Below, one piece after another: positions 17,516 to 28,578 of a stretch of 64,000 nucleotides of DNA. The translations under genes and the position numbers were made by a program. Under the pieces are notes generated by a model that ran no database searches, was not told where the DNA came from, and saw only the letters and a list, made by a program, of their open reading frames with translations. How positions within the stretch are numbered: the stretch's first letter is position 1; each line of letters opens with the position of its first letter. The DNA comes from Prochlorococcus sp. AG-679-M23 (GTDB lineage Bacteria > Cyanobacteriota > Cyanobacteriia > PCC-6307 > Cyanobiaceae), in contig QCUR01000001.1 of the NCBI GenBank assembly GCA_003208875.1, positions 358,117-422,116 of the forward strand. The letters run 5' to 3'.

Positions 17516-18886
17516 ATGTCTCACGAAATATTTATGCCAGCTCTTAGTTCTACTATGACTGAAGGCAAAATTGTTGAATGGTTAAAGAATCCTGGAGATA
17601 AAGTTGAAAGAGGAGAATCTGTTTTAGTTGTTGAATCAGATAAAGCTGATATGGATGTTGAATCTTTTCAAGATGGATATCTTGCTGCAGTACTAATGCC
17701 AGCTGGTAGTACTGCTCCAGTTGGTGAAACCATCGGACTTATTGTAGAGAATCAGGATGAGATAGCTTCTATACAAGAACAAAATAAAGGTAAACAGACT
17801 GAAGTATCCAGTGATGGTCAACTCGATTTACCAAATAACAAACCTGAAATAAAAGAAGAAAAGCAAAAAGAGGTGCCTCAAAATAATGAGCAGGAAGTCG
17901 AGATTAAAAGGGAAAAAGTGCTAATTACCTCTAATGAGATTCAATTTAACGCCTCTACTAGTAATAATAATTCTTCAAGAGTAATAGCATCTCCAAGGGC
18001 AAAAAAACTTGCTTCTACAATGGGAGTTGAATTAGCAAAAGTGCAGGGATCAGGACCTCATGGAAGGATTCAGGCTGATGATGTACTGAAGGCAAATGGC
18101 CAACCTGTGTCTATTCCATGGATAGGAGAGGGAAGTTCTCCCGCTAGTATTTCCAGTCCTCATGTTCAAGCTGAAAGGAAGTCAGAGATATTAGGGAATA
18201 GTTTTGGAAACCCCGGTGAAACTGTTCAATTTAATACTCTTCAAAAAGCTGTAAATAAGAATATGGAATCAAGTTTAAATGTTCCATGTTTTAGAGTTGG
18301 TTATTCAATTAATACTGATAAATTGGACAATTTTTACAAGAAAGTAAAGCAAAATGGAGTTACTATGACTGCGTTGTTAGTCAAGGCAGTTGCAAAGACA
18401 CTTAAAAAACATCCCCAAGTTAATTCAAGCTTTTCAGAAAACGGAATTTCTTATCCAGAAAATATAAATATTGCTGTGGCTGTTGCTATGGAAGATGGAG
18501 GGTTGATAACTCCAGTATTAAAAGAACCTTGTAACACTGATTTATTTGAATTATCAAGAGAGTGGAAAGATCTTGTGAAAAGATCTAGAGCAAAACAATT
18601 AGAACCAGATGAATACTCAACAGGAACATTTACTTTGTCAAATTTAGGAATGTTTGGTGTTGACAGGTTTGATGCAATACTTCCACCAGGTACAGGTGCG
18701 ATTTTAGCCATAGCATCATCGAAGCCAACAGTTGTTGCTAATAATGATGGCTCAATATCTGTTAAAAAAATAATGCAAGTAAATTTAACCGCTGATCATA
18801 GAGTAATTTATGGTGCTGATGGTGCATCATTCTTAAAAGACTTGTCTTCTCTCATTGAAAACGAGCCAGAAACACTTGTAGCCTAA
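17516..18886 (+). CDS. pdhC: Pyruvate dehydrogenase E2 (dihydrolipoamide acetyltransferase)
   Basis: Lipoyl ESDKA, ASPRAKKLA E3-binding domain, DHRVIYG. Confidence 0.97.
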   Translation: MSHEIFMPALSSTMTEGKIVEWLKNPGDKVERGESVLVVESDKADMDVESFQDGYLAAVLMPAGSTAPVGETIGLIVENQDEIASIQEQNKGKQTEVSSDGQLDLPNNKPEIKEEKQKEVPQNNEQEVEIKREKVLITSNEIQFNASTSNNNSSRVIASPRAKKLASTMGVELAKVQGSGPHGRIQADDVLKANGQPVSIPWIGEGSSPASISSPHVQAERKSEILGNSFGNPGETVQFNTLQKAVNKNMESSLNVPCFRVGYSINTDKLDNFYKKVKQNGVTMTALLVKAVAKTLKKHPQVNSSFSENGISYPENINIAVAVAMEDGGLITPVLKEPCNTDLFELSREWKDLVKRSRAKQLEPDEYSTGTFTLSNLGMFGVDRFDAILPPGTGAILAIASSKPTVVANNDGSISVKKIMQVNLTADHRVIYGADGASFLKDLSSLIENEPETLVA

Positions 18887-18892
18887 ATTTAA

Positions 18893-20017
18893 TTGAATTT
18901 TGAAATTAATAATGATGAAATAGATCATAAGCTAGAAGCTTATGATTATATTCTTGATGAAACATTAATTGCTAATAAACCTTCTAAAGTAAGGCATGAA
19001 TCTAGATTAATGATAGTTAGAGATAGTTCATTAGAAGAAGACTTTACAACAAATAAATATACAAAGAATCTCTTAGACGAACTTAGAAATGGTGATTTGG
19101 TAGTTGTAAATGATACGAAGGTGATGAAAGCAAGGTTAAAGGTTGAATTAGAAAATGGGAGATTAGTCGAATTATTAGTTTTGGAGAAAGCAGATCAATC
19201 TACTTGGCTATGTTTAGCAAGGCCTGCTAAAAAGTTAAAAATAAATAGTCAATTAAATTTAAAATCATCCTTGGCAAAAGATATAAAATTGCATATTTCT
19301 GGAATTGATAAAGAAACTGGAGGAAGATTTATCAAGTTTCCAGAAAATATAAATGATCTAATCTCAATGAATAATCTCCTTGATATATATGGAGAAATAC
19401 CCCTCCCTCCATATATAAAAAGCGCCGAAGAAGAATCTTTTCATGAAAACAATTATCAAACTGAGTATGCAAGTAATCCTGGAGCAGTTGCTGCGCCAAC
19501 AGCAGGATTACATTTAAGTAAAAGTCTTATTTCAAAATTAAAAAAAAAAGGTATATTAGTTATGCCAATTACTTTGCATGTAGGTTATGGAACATTTAAG
19601 CCAATTGATCAAGAAGATTTATCTAATTTAAAACTTCACAAAGAGTGGGTCAGTGTTAGTAGGAAAGTGGTGGAAGAAATAAAAAGAGTAAAAAAAACGG
19701 ACAGAAGAGTTATAGCTATTGGAACTACATGCGTAAGAGCTCTTGAAAGTTGTTATTCGTATGAAATGGAAGACCTAATTCCTATAGCTAAGTATGTTGA
19801 TTTAGTAATTAAGCCAGGCTATAAATTCAAAGCAGTTGATGGATTATTAACTAATTTTCATCTTCCAAAGAGTTCATTATTACTCCTAGTAAGCGCAATG
19901 ATCGGTAGAGAAAGATTACTAAATCTGTATAAAAACGCCATAAAAGAAAAATTTAGATTTTTCTCTTACGGCGATGCTATGTACATTTCCCCAGATTCAT
20001 TTCTGGTGAACAAATAA
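18893..20017 (+). CDS. queA: SAM:tRNA ribosyltransferase-isomerase
   Basis: PLPPYI, AVAAPTAGLH, TLHVG.GTF, TNFHLPKS, FFSYGDAM. Confidence 0.97.
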   Translation: MNFEINNDEIDHKLEAYDYILDETLIANKPSKVRHESRLMIVRDSSLEEDFTTNKYTKNLLDELRNGDLVVVNDTKVMKARLKVELENGRLVELLVLEKADQSTWLCLARPAKKLKINSQLNLKSSLAKDIKLHISGIDKETGGRFIKFPENINDLISMNNLLDIYGEIPLPPYIKSAEEESFHENNYQTEYASNPGAVAAPTAGLHLSKSLISKLKKKGILVMPITLHVGYGTFKPIDQEDLSNLKLHKEWVSVSRKVVEEIKRVKKTDRRVIAIGTTCVRALESCYSYEMEDLIPIAKYVDLVIKPGYKFKAVDGLLTNFHLPKSSLLLLVSAMIGRERLLNLYKNAIKEKFRFFSYGDAMYISPDSFLVNK

Positions 20018-20019
20018 AT

Positions 20020-21006
20020 TTAAGCTTTAACTGGCTCCTCAATTATTCCACTTGGAACTTCAGTAAACATAATTGATGATAAATACCTCTCAGCTAAATC
20101 TGGCAAAACAACCACTATAGTTTTTCCTGCATATTCATCTTGCTCAGCTAATCTAACAGCAGCAGCAGCAGCAGCCCCGCAAGATATTCCTACGAGAAGA
20201 CCTTCTTCTTTTGCCAATCTAAGAGCCATCTCGATTGATTCATCATTCGTAACCTGTTCAACTTTATCAACAATTGATAAATCAAGGTTTTTAGGAATAA
20301 ATCCTGCTCCTATACCTTGTATTTTGTGTGGTCCAGATTTAACTTCTTCACCATTCATTGTCTGCGTAATAACAGGGCTATGTGATGGTTCTACTGCTAC
20401 AGAAATAATATTCTTGCCCTTCTCTTGTTTGATGTATCTTGAAACTCCTGTAATTGTTCCACCTGTTCCAACTCCAGCAACAAAAACATCAATCTCACCA
20501 TCGCAATCGTCCCAAATTTCAGGCCCAGTTGTTTTGAAATGAATTTCTGGGTTTGCTGGATTATCAAACTGACCCGGCATGAAGTATTGAGAGGGATTAC
20601 TTTCTGCGATCTCTTTAGCTTTGGCTATTGCTCCTGGCATACCTTTAGAAGCCTCTGTTAAAACAATTTCGGCGCCTAATACTGCCATCACTCTTCTCCT
20701 TTCAATAGACATAGATTCCGGCATTGTAAGGATTAGTTTGTAACCTCTTGCTGAAGCAGTAAAAGCTAGGGCAATTCCAGTATTTCCAGATGTAGGTTCA
20801 ACAATGGTTTTGTCTTTTGTAAGTTTTCCGCTTTTCTCCGCATCCCATATCATGTTTGCACCAATCCTACATTTAACACTATAAGCAGGATTTCTTCCTT
20901 CGATTTTTGCTAATACAGTAGCTTTTGCGTTTTTAGTAACTGATTTTAATTTTACTAATGGAGTGTTTCCAATAGCGAAACTGTTGTCCTCATAAATTTT
21001 TGCCAT
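20020..21006 (-). CDS. cysK: Cysteine synthase A
   Basis: [31 protein letters not shown]. Confidence 0.97.
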   Translation of the reverse strand: MAKIYEDNSFAIGNTPLVKLKSVTKNAKATVLAKIEGRNPAYSVKCRIGANMIWDAEKSGKLTKDKTIVEPTSGNTGIALAFTASARGYKLILTMPESMSIERRRVMAVLGAEIVLTEASKGMPGAIAKAKEIAESNPSQYFMPGQFDNPANPEIHFKTTGPEIWDDCDGEIDVFVAGVGTGGTITGVSRYIKQEKGKNIISVAVEPSHSPVITQTMNGEEVKSGPHKIQGIGAGFIPKNLDLSIVDKVEQVTNDESIEMALRLAKEEGLLVGISCGAAAAAAVRLAEQDEYAGKTIVVVLPDLAERYLSSIMFTEVPSGIIEEPVKA

Positions 21007-21091
21007 TTATATTATTGAGAAAATATACATTAATATTAACTATTTTTTTGAAAAAGAGTATATGATTTTTTATACGGTAAATACTAGGTAT

Positions 21092-22561
21092 TTAAAAATT
21101 ATTTAATGCTTCAGAAAAGATTCTCCATAAGTGATCTTTATCTTCTAGTCCAACAGATACTCTAATAAGGTGCGAAGGAATGTTAAAACTTTCAACCCAA
21201 TCTAATTCGTCATAATGAGCTAATAAAACATAAGGACATACAAGGGTAAATTTTGTACCTAAACTAGGACCTTTTGATATTTGAAGAGAATCATAAAACT
21301 TTTTAGCTTTCTCAAGACCTCCTTTTAATTCAAACGATAATAAGCAACCATATCCCCCATCAGGAGTAAGTATAGAATTGAAATTAGGACAATTTTCGGG
21401 ATGGAAAATATTTTTGATCTCTTTACAGGTTTCTAATCTTTTTTTTAATTCTAAACATGCTTTATTTTGCTCAAAAACTCTTTGTTTTACATCTCTACTA
21501 GCTTTTTCGAGTGAAACCATATCGCCATCAGAAAGCATTGGAAGGTTGATTTCATTTAAAGCATTTCTAAACTGATCAATCCATCTGCTTTTTGGATTTA
21601 GTATTAGTGACCCAGCAAGAATATCCCCGCTACCTGAAAAGATTTTTGTTAGTGAAGTGAAAACGATATCTGCATGTTCTAAAGAATTTATATTTAAATT
21701 TGAACCAATAGTATCGTCAACTATCACAGGTATATTTAATTTATTAGCTATTTTTGAAATTTTTTTTATGTTCACACATTTGAGCATTGGATTACTTGGT
21801 AATTCAATAATCAAGGCTGCTGGATTTATTTTTATCATTTCTAATTCAATATCCTTGCAATTTTCTTCTGTTATTAACTTGGCTCCATGAAAGATATTCA
21901 TTGGTAATTTAAGTACATCTACATATGGAAAACCAATTTGAAGTGTAGGTCTATCTGGAAATAATTTATATATTATTTCTAATGATGTGTATAAAGCTGA
22001 CATGCCAGATGAGGTCAAGTGAACATCATTAGAGTTTGTTTTTGTAAACTTAGAAATTCTATCTTTTATTCTTTGACAACTTTCTATCGCTAAAGACTTT
22101 GAAGGGCAATCCTCTAGGCCCAATTCAATTGCAGCCGCTCTTGAAGATATACCGAGACCGGTATGTTGCCAAAAAGATCTTGCATATTTGCTCGCTGATT
22201 CTCTAGTAATTAAAAAAGCTAAATTATGCCTTCTTTCGATATATATAGATCCTTTAGAAGTATTTCTATCACAGTACTTTTTTGCTTTTAAGGCTATTTT
22301 TTCATTTGGATAGGGCCAGATACTTGTATCATTTAAGTGACTTTCTTTTTTTACCTTTTCACATAATCTTTTTACTAAAGGATTAAGTCCAAAACGAGGA
22401 TAGATTGACTTTAATAATTCCATGCATTTTGGATTTTTTTCCTCATAATTAATTACATCTTTCCAAGTTGGTAAAGCTACAGAAACAGCATGTTCATTAT
22501 CAGGAATCGAATATCCCAACTCTAAACTTCTCCATATTGGATTTTTTAGTAAATTTCTCAC
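21092..22561 (-). CDS. Cystathionine gamma-synthase-like PLP enzyme (long form)
   Basis: SSGMSA, E.PSNP, VDDT, SLTK.FSG, KGPSLG, RVSVGLE; extended N-terminus HAVSVALPTW...YPRF. Confidence 0.85.
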   Translation of the reverse strand: MRNLLKNPIWRSLELGYSIPDNEHAVSVALPTWKDVINYEEKNPKCMELLKSIYPRFGLNPLVKRLCEKVKKESHLNDTSIWPYPNEKIALKAKKYCDRNTSKGSIYIERRHNLAFLITRESASKYARSFWQHTGLGISSRAAAIELGLEDCPSKSLAIESCQRIKDRISKFTKTNSNDVHLTSSGMSALYTSLEIIYKLFPDRPTLQIGFPYVDVLKLPMNIFHGAKLITEENCKDIELEMIKINPAALIIELPSNPMLKCVNIKKISKIANKLNIPVIVDDTIGSNLNINSLEHADIVFTSLTKIFSGSGDILAGSLILNPKSRWIDQFRNALNEINLPMLSDGDMVSLEKASRDVKQRVFEQNKACLELKKRLETCKEIKNIFHPENCPNFNSILTPDGGYGCLLSFELKGGLEKAKKFYDSLQISKGPSLGTKFTLVCPYVLLAHYDELDWVESFNIPSHLIRVSVGLEDKDHLWRIFSEALNNF

Positions 22562-22563
22562 TT

Positions 22564-23736
22564 TTAGAATTTATTTAAGGCAAATAAGATATCTGAAATT
22601 AAATCATTTGTATCTTCACAACCTACCGACAATCTTATAAGTGAATCATCAATACCTAGAAGGGTTTTTGTTTTGTCATCAACAGATGCATGAGTCATTG
22701 TTGCTGGGTGGCAAATTAAACTTTCAACGCCTCCAAGACTCTCTGCTAATGAGAAATATCTGAGTGATTTACAAAATTTAAAAGTGTCCGATTTGTTTAA
22801 ATTCAATTTAAGGGTGATCATTGAACCACCAGATTTCATTTGTGATTTTGCTAAATTAAATTGTGGATGTTTTTGATTAAAGGGATAAAAAACTTTACTA
22901 ATTATTCTGTGATTTTCAATTTTCTTAGAAATTATCTCTGCACTTTTTGTTTGTTGTTCGATTCTTAGAGGGAGAGTTTTTACTCCTCTTGTAATTAACC
23001 ATGTATCAAAAGGCGAGGGTTGAAGTCCTAAAGCTTTTTGAGAGAAAAGCATCTTACTATTCCATTCCTCATTATTCGTTAGGACTGCTCCACCAAGTGC
23101 ATCACTATGGCCATTTATAAATTTTGTTGTACTTATAAGAGATAGTGTTGCGCCTAGTTCTAGAGGTTTTTGAATGAGAGCTGTAGAAAAGGTGTTATCT
23201 AGAACTACAGGTATTTTGTACTTATTAGCTTCATCACAAATAAGTTTAATATCAAGTACTTTCAAAAGAGGATTTGTTGGACTTTCAAGCCAAATTAAAG
23301 TTGGATGAAAGTCTTTAATTTCTTTAAAATTTTCTTTATTTGTAAAATCTGTATATAAAACTTCTATTCCAAATTTTTTGAAAATCTTATCGAACATTCT
23401 TATTGTACAACCATATAGATTTGACTCGCAGAGTATTTTATCGCCTGATTTTAATGAAGATGTAATTGCAGTTACTGCACTTATGCCAGATCCAAAAATT
23501 GTACAATATTTGGATTCTTCTATGGATTTAAGTATATTTTCTAGAATTTTAAAGTTTGGATTACCTGATCTGGTGTAATCGAAATTGCCCTTATTACCAT
23601 GTTTAAATGTTGAGGTAGAAAAAATTGGTGGCATGACACATCCAGTCTCTTCAGAAAATGTTTCTCCATGATGAATTGATAAGGTTTTAACACCTGGCTT
23701 TTTGATGATATTTTTCTTATTTCCCATTGTTTTCAA
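22564..23736 (-). CDS. Cystathionine beta/gamma-lyase or gamma-synthase (MetB/MetC family)
   Basis: YTRSGNP, ESPTNP, DNTF, STTKFINGHSD, ESLGGVESL..HPATMTH. Confidence 0.92.
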   Translation of the reverse strand: MKTMGNKKNIIKKPGVKTLSIHHGETFSEETGCVMPPIFSTSTFKHGNKGNFDYTRSGNPNFKILENILKSIEESKYCTIFGSGISAVTAITSSLKSGDKILCESNLYGCTIRMFDKIFKKFGIEVLYTDFTNKENFKEIKDFHPTLIWLESPTNPLLKVLDIKLICDEANKYKIPVVLDNTFSTALIQKPLELGATLSLISTTKFINGHSDALGGAVLTNNEEWNSKMLFSQKALGLQPSPFDTWLITRGVKTLPLRIEQQTKSAEIISKKIENHRIISKVFYPFNQKHPQFNLAKSQMKSGGSMITLKLNLNKSDTFKFCKSLRYFSLAESLGGVESLICHPATMTHASVDDKTKTLLGIDDSLIRLSVGCEDTNDLISDILFALNKF

Positions 23737-23801
23737 AATAAGAATTTATTAAACCTCTCAACAATAAGGTGAGTGATTTAATAATTTGAAGAAAAGGATT
23801 T

Positions 23802-24410
23802 TTATACTTTTCTTGAATAGTATTCAACAACTAATAACTCGTTTATTTCAAGTGCGACCCATTCTCTATCACACTTTCCGTTGATTTTGCCTGTTAACTT
23901 AGGTTTGTCTAACTCTATATGAGGTGGGACATTAGCTAAACCAGGAAATTCAATATTACCTTCTACAAGTTTTTTACTCGCTTTGTTTTCTTTAATGCTA
24001 ATTACATCTCCTGGTTTACATTGGTAACCTGCAATATCAAGAACTTTTCCATTAATGGTTACATGCCCATGATTTACTAATTGTCTTGAACCTGGGATTG
24101 TTCCACCAAAACCTAATCTAAAACAAACATTATCTAATCTGTTTTCTAAAAGTCTAAGGAGATTGGTTCCTGTAGAGCCTTCTTGAGCTCTAGCTTTTTT
24201 AACGTAACGAACTAGTTGCCTTTCAGAAACTCCATAGTTGAATCTAAGTTTCTGCTTTTCTTCTAGACGAATTGCGTATTCTGATCGCTTGCGACGGGCT
24301 TGGCCGTGCTGACCTGGAGGATTTGACTTCTTTGAAGCTTTCCTAGTGAGACCTGGTAGTTCTCCCAAGCGACGCGTAACCCTTAATCTTGGGCCGCGGT
24401 ATCTTGACAT
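23802..24410 (-). CDS. rpsD: 30S ribosomal protein S4
   Basis: [29 protein letters not shown]. Confidence 0.99.
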   Translation of the reverse strand: MSRYRGPRLRVTRRLGELPGLTRKASKKSNPPGQHGQARRKRSEYAIRLEEKQKLRFNYGVSERQLVRYVKKARAQEGSTGTNLLRLLENRLDNVCFRLGFGGTIPGSRQLVNHGHVTINGKVLDIAGYQCKPGDVISIKENKASKKLVEGNIEFPGLANVPPHIELDKPKLTGKINGKCDREWVALEINELLVVEYYSRKV

Positions 24411-24505
24411 AATTTTAAATTAAAATTGAGATTTGCAATAAATTGGATAATTGATTAAATTCAACTAAACTAATTACTACTGGACTCTTATTTTACATCA
24501 TTAAA

Positions 24506-24742
24506 GTGATTAAAAGCGTCAACAAACTACTTACATCTATATTTCTTTTGATGATTTCCTTCTATCAAAAGTGGTTCTCGCCTTTTTTTGGACCAAGATG
24601 CAGATTTATACCAAGTTGTAGTTCTTATGGATACGAGGCTATTAAAAGGCACGGCCCTTGGAGAGGTGGATGGTTGACCTTGAGAAGATTAAGCAAATGT
24701 CATCCGTTAACCCCATGCGGTTGTGATCCTGTTCCTGATTAA
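24506..24742 (+). CDS. yidD: Membrane protein insertion efficiency factor YidD
   Basis: [23 protein letters not shown]. Confidence 0.93.
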   Translation: MIKSVNKLLTSIFLLMISFYQKWFSPFFGPRCRFIPSCSSYGYEAIKRHGPWRGGWLTLRRLSKCHPLTPCGCDPVPD

Positions 24743-24746
24743 GTGA

Positions 24747-25049
24747 ATGAAAATACTCATTTTTGTTAGGAAAGGTTGTTGCCTTTGTGAGACATTAAAA
24801 AATAAACTAATAAAAATAAATCTTAAAGAAATAAAACCTAAATTAGAAATTAATGAAATTGACATAGATAGGTTTGATTTGTACCAAGATAAATATAAAA
24901 AATTTGATAATGAAGTTCCTGTTGTCGCTATTAAAGAAAGTAAGTCTCAAAAAATTATTGAGTTACCTAGGATCTCTCCAAGATTGAAGGATGATCAACT
25001 AAAAAAATGGCTAGAAAAAAATATAAAGATTGCTTTGAATAACAATTAA
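24747..25049 (+). CDS. Glutaredoxin-like protein (DUF836)
   Basis: GCCLC, EVPV, LPR.SPR. Confidence 0.8.
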   Translation: MKILIFVRKGCCLCETLKNKLIKINLKEIKPKLEINEIDIDRFDLYQDKYKKFDNEVPVVAIKESKSQKIIELPRISPRLKDDQLKKWLEKNIKIALNNN

Positions 25050-25056
25050 TTGGAAG

Positions 25057-26595
25057 ATGAGATCAATAAAATTACATAAACTTCTATCTTTGGTAAAAAT
25101 TGTACCAACATCTTTGTTGATAAATCCAGAAATAACTAATATATCTTTTAATTCCAAAGAAGTTGAGAAAGGAACTTTGTTTTTGGGATTGCCAGGATTA
25201 AATGTCGATGGAGGGAAATATTGGAAAGAGGCTATTGAAAATGGTGCAGAGGCAGCCATTATTGGTTTCAAAGCCAAAGAACTAACTGAAACTATTGATC
25301 ATAAAAAAGTTCTTGTTATAGAAGAGCCTTTAGGGGATCTTTTTTGTGGTCGAATAGTATCTGAGTTTTGGAAAAGACCTTCAAGTAAACTTAAACTTAT
25401 TGGTGTGACAGGTACTAATGGGAAAACAACAATAACCTTTATATTAGAATATCTTCTTAATAAATTAGGAAAAAAGACAGCTTTATTTGGAACATTATTT
25501 AATAGGTGGCCAGGATATTCAGAGGTCTCTTCACATACAACTGATTTTGCGGATAAACTTCAAAAGAAATTAAATGCTGCAGTTGAAGCCGACTCTGAGT
25601 TTGCAATATTAGAAGTAAGTTCCCATGCTATTGCTCAAAATAGGATATCAGGTTGTGAATTTAAGGCAGCTATTTTTACAAATTTATCTCAAGATCATCT
25701 TGATTATCATTCCGATATGGAATCGTATTTTAAGACAAAACAAAGATTATTTTTCCCGCCTTACTTATCAGTAAAAAATGGAATAGCTGTTTTAAATTGC
25801 GATGACCTTTGGATCTCTAAATTGCCAACTCATCTAAAAAAAAGATCGTCTGTAGTTACTACAAAAAAGATTAAGAGCGAATTTAAAAATGAAGAATTAT
25901 TTTATGTAACAGATAAAAATTTCACTGGAAATGGTTCCTCATGCATCTTTCATACCCCTGAAGAAAAAATAAACCTTTTTGTGCCACTAGTTGGAGAGTT
26001 TAATTTAATGAATGCAGTTCAAGCAATAACAATTTTGTATAAACTTAATTTCTCTTTAAAAGATTTATCAAGATCAATAAAATCTTTTCCAGGTACTCCT
26101 GGGAGAATGGAGAAAATTGATATTGATAATAATGATGTTTCAGCATTACTTCCAACTGTAATCGTTGATTATGCCCATACACCTGATGGATTAAAGAAAG
26201 TTTTGAAATCAATTAAAAAACTTTGTGAAGGAAAACTTATAACTGTTTTTGGATGTGGTGGAGATAGAGATAGTGGGAAAAGACCTTTAATGGGATCAAT
26301 AGCTGAAGAGTTTTCTGATTACGTTTTCATAACATCAGATAATCCAAGATCAGAAGACCCTGGAAAAATAGTAAGTGAGATTTTAAAGGGTATTGAAAAA
26401 AGAGATCAAATAAAAATTGAAATTAATAGGTTTATAGCAATAAAAGAATCTATTGAATTTGCAAAAAAAGAAGATATTGTTTTAATCGCAGGTAAAGGAC
26501 ATGAGGACTATCAAATTCTAAATGATAGAATTATTGATTTTGATGATAGAAAAATTGCTTACAAATTTTTAGAAGAAAAAAGTCAATCTAAATAA
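25057..26595 (+). CDS. murE: UDP-MurNAc-tripeptide synthetase
   Basis: GVTGTNGKTT, EVSSH, DHLDYH, DYAHTPD, DNPR, AGKGHE. Confidence 0.97.
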   Translation: MRSIKLHKLLSLVKIVPTSLLINPEITNISFNSKEVEKGTLFLGLPGLNVDGGKYWKEAIENGAEAAIIGFKAKELTETIDHKKVLVIEEPLGDLFCGRIVSEFWKRPSSKLKLIGVTGTNGKTTITFILEYLLNKLGKKTALFGTLFNRWPGYSEVSSHTTDFADKLQKKLNAAVEADSEFAILEVSSHAIAQNRISGCEFKAAIFTNLSQDHLDYHSDMESYFKTKQRLFFPPYLSVKNGIAVLNCDDLWISKLPTHLKKRSSVVTTKKIKSEFKNEELFYVTDKNFTGNGSSCIFHTPEEKINLFVPLVGEFNLMNAVQAITILYKLNFSLKDLSRSIKSFPGTPGRMEKIDIDNNDVSALLPTVIVDYAHTPDGLKKVLKSIKKLCEGKLITVFGCGGDRDSGKRPLMGSIAEEFSDYVFITSDNPRSEDPGKIVSEILKGIEKRDQIKIEINRFIAIKESIEFAKKEDIVLIAGKGHEDYQILNDRIIDFDDRKIAYKFLEEKSQSK

Positions 26596-26677
26596 AATTT
26601 CTTAAGCAAATAAGAGAGATATTTGCACAAATAATTAGAAAAGTTTCTTAGAATCAATAAAAATTTATTCTTAAAAA

Positions 26678-27382
26678 ATGAAAGGTTTAGCCTTGGTTGT
26701 AGGCTCTGGTGGAATTGGTACCCAACTAGCTACGGATCTGAGCAAAAGTGAAAAAGAATTGGATGTTGTTTTGTGTGGAAGAAAAAGTCAATTTAATTCT
26801 TTTTGGGAATTAGACATAGAGGATTCTCAATCACTTTTGCAGTTTAAAAGTAAAATTTCGAATCATTCTTCGGAATTAAGATTAGTAGTTAACGCTACTG
26901 GAAGACTTCATAGTGAGACTCTTAAGCCAGAAAAAAGATTACAACATATTGATAAAAAAAATATGATGGAAAGTTTTTCAATAAATGCCTTTTCTCCTAT
27001 TTTATTAGCTAAAGCTATTGAAGAATTTATACCAAAAGATAGTGATTTTAATTTTGCGAGTATAAGTGCAAGAGTTGGTAGTATTGGAGATAATCAAACT
27101 GGAGGTTGGTATTCATATAGAGCCGCAAAATCTGCACAAAATCAGTTTTTTAAATCTTTAAGTATTGAGTGGGCTAGACGTTTTCCAAAAGCTACTATTA
27201 CATTGCTTCATCCAGGAACAGTTGATACTGATTTATCTAGACCTTTTCATAAATTTGTTCCAGAACATAAATTATTTAGTACGGAAAAATCATCCCAATT
27301 CTTGATCAATATTATTAAAAATCAATCACCAGCTTCTACCGGAAAATTTATTGCATGGGATAGCTCAGAAATTCCTTGGTAA
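26678..27382 (+). CDS. Short-chain dehydrogenase/reductase (CsgA/C-factor-like)
   Basis: G.GGIG, SARVGSIGDN..GGWYSYRAAK, LHPGTVDT. Confidence 0.9.
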   Translation: MKGLALVVGSGGIGTQLATDLSKSEKELDVVLCGRKSQFNSFWELDIEDSQSLLQFKSKISNHSSELRLVVNATGRLHSETLKPEKRLQHIDKKNMMESFSINAFSPILLAKAIEEFIPKDSDFNFASISARVGSIGDNQTGGWYSYRAAKSAQNQFFKSLSIEWARRFPKATITLLHPGTVDTDLSRPFHKFVPEHKLFSTEKSSQFLINIIKNQSPASTGKFIAWDSSEIPW

Positions 27383-28546
27383 TTTTTTTATTTCTTCAGA
27401 AAGAAAATTAATTTCATCATCCGTTGTCATCTGATGCACGCATGCTCTAAACCATTTTGGGTCTTCTAAAACTCTAATCCAAATTTTCTTTTCTCCAAGT
27501 TTCTTAACAAATCTGACCTTATCTTCAATATTTTCGATATTAAAACTAACTATCCCATTTAAGTATTTTTTTTCTAAAACTAAATCAATTTCGTTAAATT
27601 GATTTAAATTATCCCAAAGTTTTTCACTTAATCTTTTGATGTTTTTGCTTTTTTCTTTTTCAGGGCATTCTTTATCCAAAAGATCTAAAGAAGTCCGTAG
27701 ACCTGCAAGTAAAGGAATACAAGAGGTAGCTACTTCAAACTTCCTCGCATCTTCATGAAAAAGGTTATCTGACGGCTCATAAATTCCTTGTTCTTTTTTT
27801 AATGATTTCCAACCAATTATTGTTGGATCTGTTTCATGAATAAATCTATCTGAGAGATAAATAGCTCCCAGTCCTTCAGGACCACAAGCCCATTTATGAG
27901 AAGTTATGGAATATAAATCAGAATAAAAAACTTCATCTTCAATTTTTATATGACCAAAGGTTTGAGCTCCATCAACAAGTAGATAAGAATTTTCTCTATT
28001 ATTTTTTAATTCGATTGAAATTTGTTTTAAAGGAATTTTATATCCAAAGTTCCACAAAATATGTGAAATAATTAGAATCTTAGTCTTACTATTTAGATTT
28101 TTTGAAATCTCTAAAATTATATTTTCGTCGTTTAGATTTTTAATTTTTTGGATTGATAAAATTTTGAATATTAATTTATTTCTTCTGCAAAATTCTCTAC
28201 TTGCAGCTACTACTCCAGGATGTTCACAGTCACTTATTAATAATTCTTCTCCCTCTTCTACTTTTATACCCCAAAAAGGCAAAATCATTCCGGAAGAAAT
28301 ATTCTCAGTTAAAGCCACATTTTTTGATTTAACACCTAATTTTTGCGCAATAATTCTTTTTGTGCTCAATATTTCTTTAGAAATAAAAGGCCACATATCA
28401 TTTGTAAATGGTCCTAAATCTTGAATGATTTCCCAAGTTTTAACAATTGCTTCTAAAGAAGATTTTGGTAATGGTCCTTGACCTCCATAATTGAAGTAAT
28501 ATTTATTTTTTAATGCGGGTATTTGATCTCTTAAATTAATTGTCAT
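27365..28546 (-). CDS. Class V aminotransferase, cystine/cysteine lyase (C-DES-like)
   Basis: YFNYGGQGP, EHPG, VDGAQ, HKW.CGPEG. Confidence 0.88.
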   Translation of the reverse strand: MTINLRDQIPALKNKYYFNYGGQGPLPKSSLEAIVKTWEIIQDLGPFTNDMWPFISKEILSTKRIIAQKLGVKSKNVALTENISSGMILPFWGIKVEEGEELLISDCEHPGVVAASREFCRRNKLIFKILSIQKIKNLNDENIILEISKNLNSKTKILIISHILWNFGYKIPLKQISIELKNNRENSYLLVDGAQTFGHIKIEDEVFYSDLYSITSHKWACGPEGLGAIYLSDRFIHETDPTIIGWKSLKKEQGIYEPSDNLFHEDARKFEVATSCIPLLAGLRTSLDLLDKECPEKEKSKNIKRLSEKLWDNLNQFNEIDLVLEKKYLNGIVSFNIENIEDKVRFVKKLGEKKIWIRVLEDPKWFRACVHQMTTDDEINFLSEEIKKLPRNF

Positions 28547-28578
28547 CCAAATTTTAAAATTAAATTTCTTGAAAAGGG

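Noticed and set aside
20156..20175. (GCA)n run in cysK
   Set aside because: It encodes the poly-Ala helix (GAAAAAA) normal for cysteine synthases.
27365..27382. Convergent 3' overlaps (also 10948-10951 and 54356-54367)
   Set aside because: Routine in streamlined Prochlorococcus genomes.
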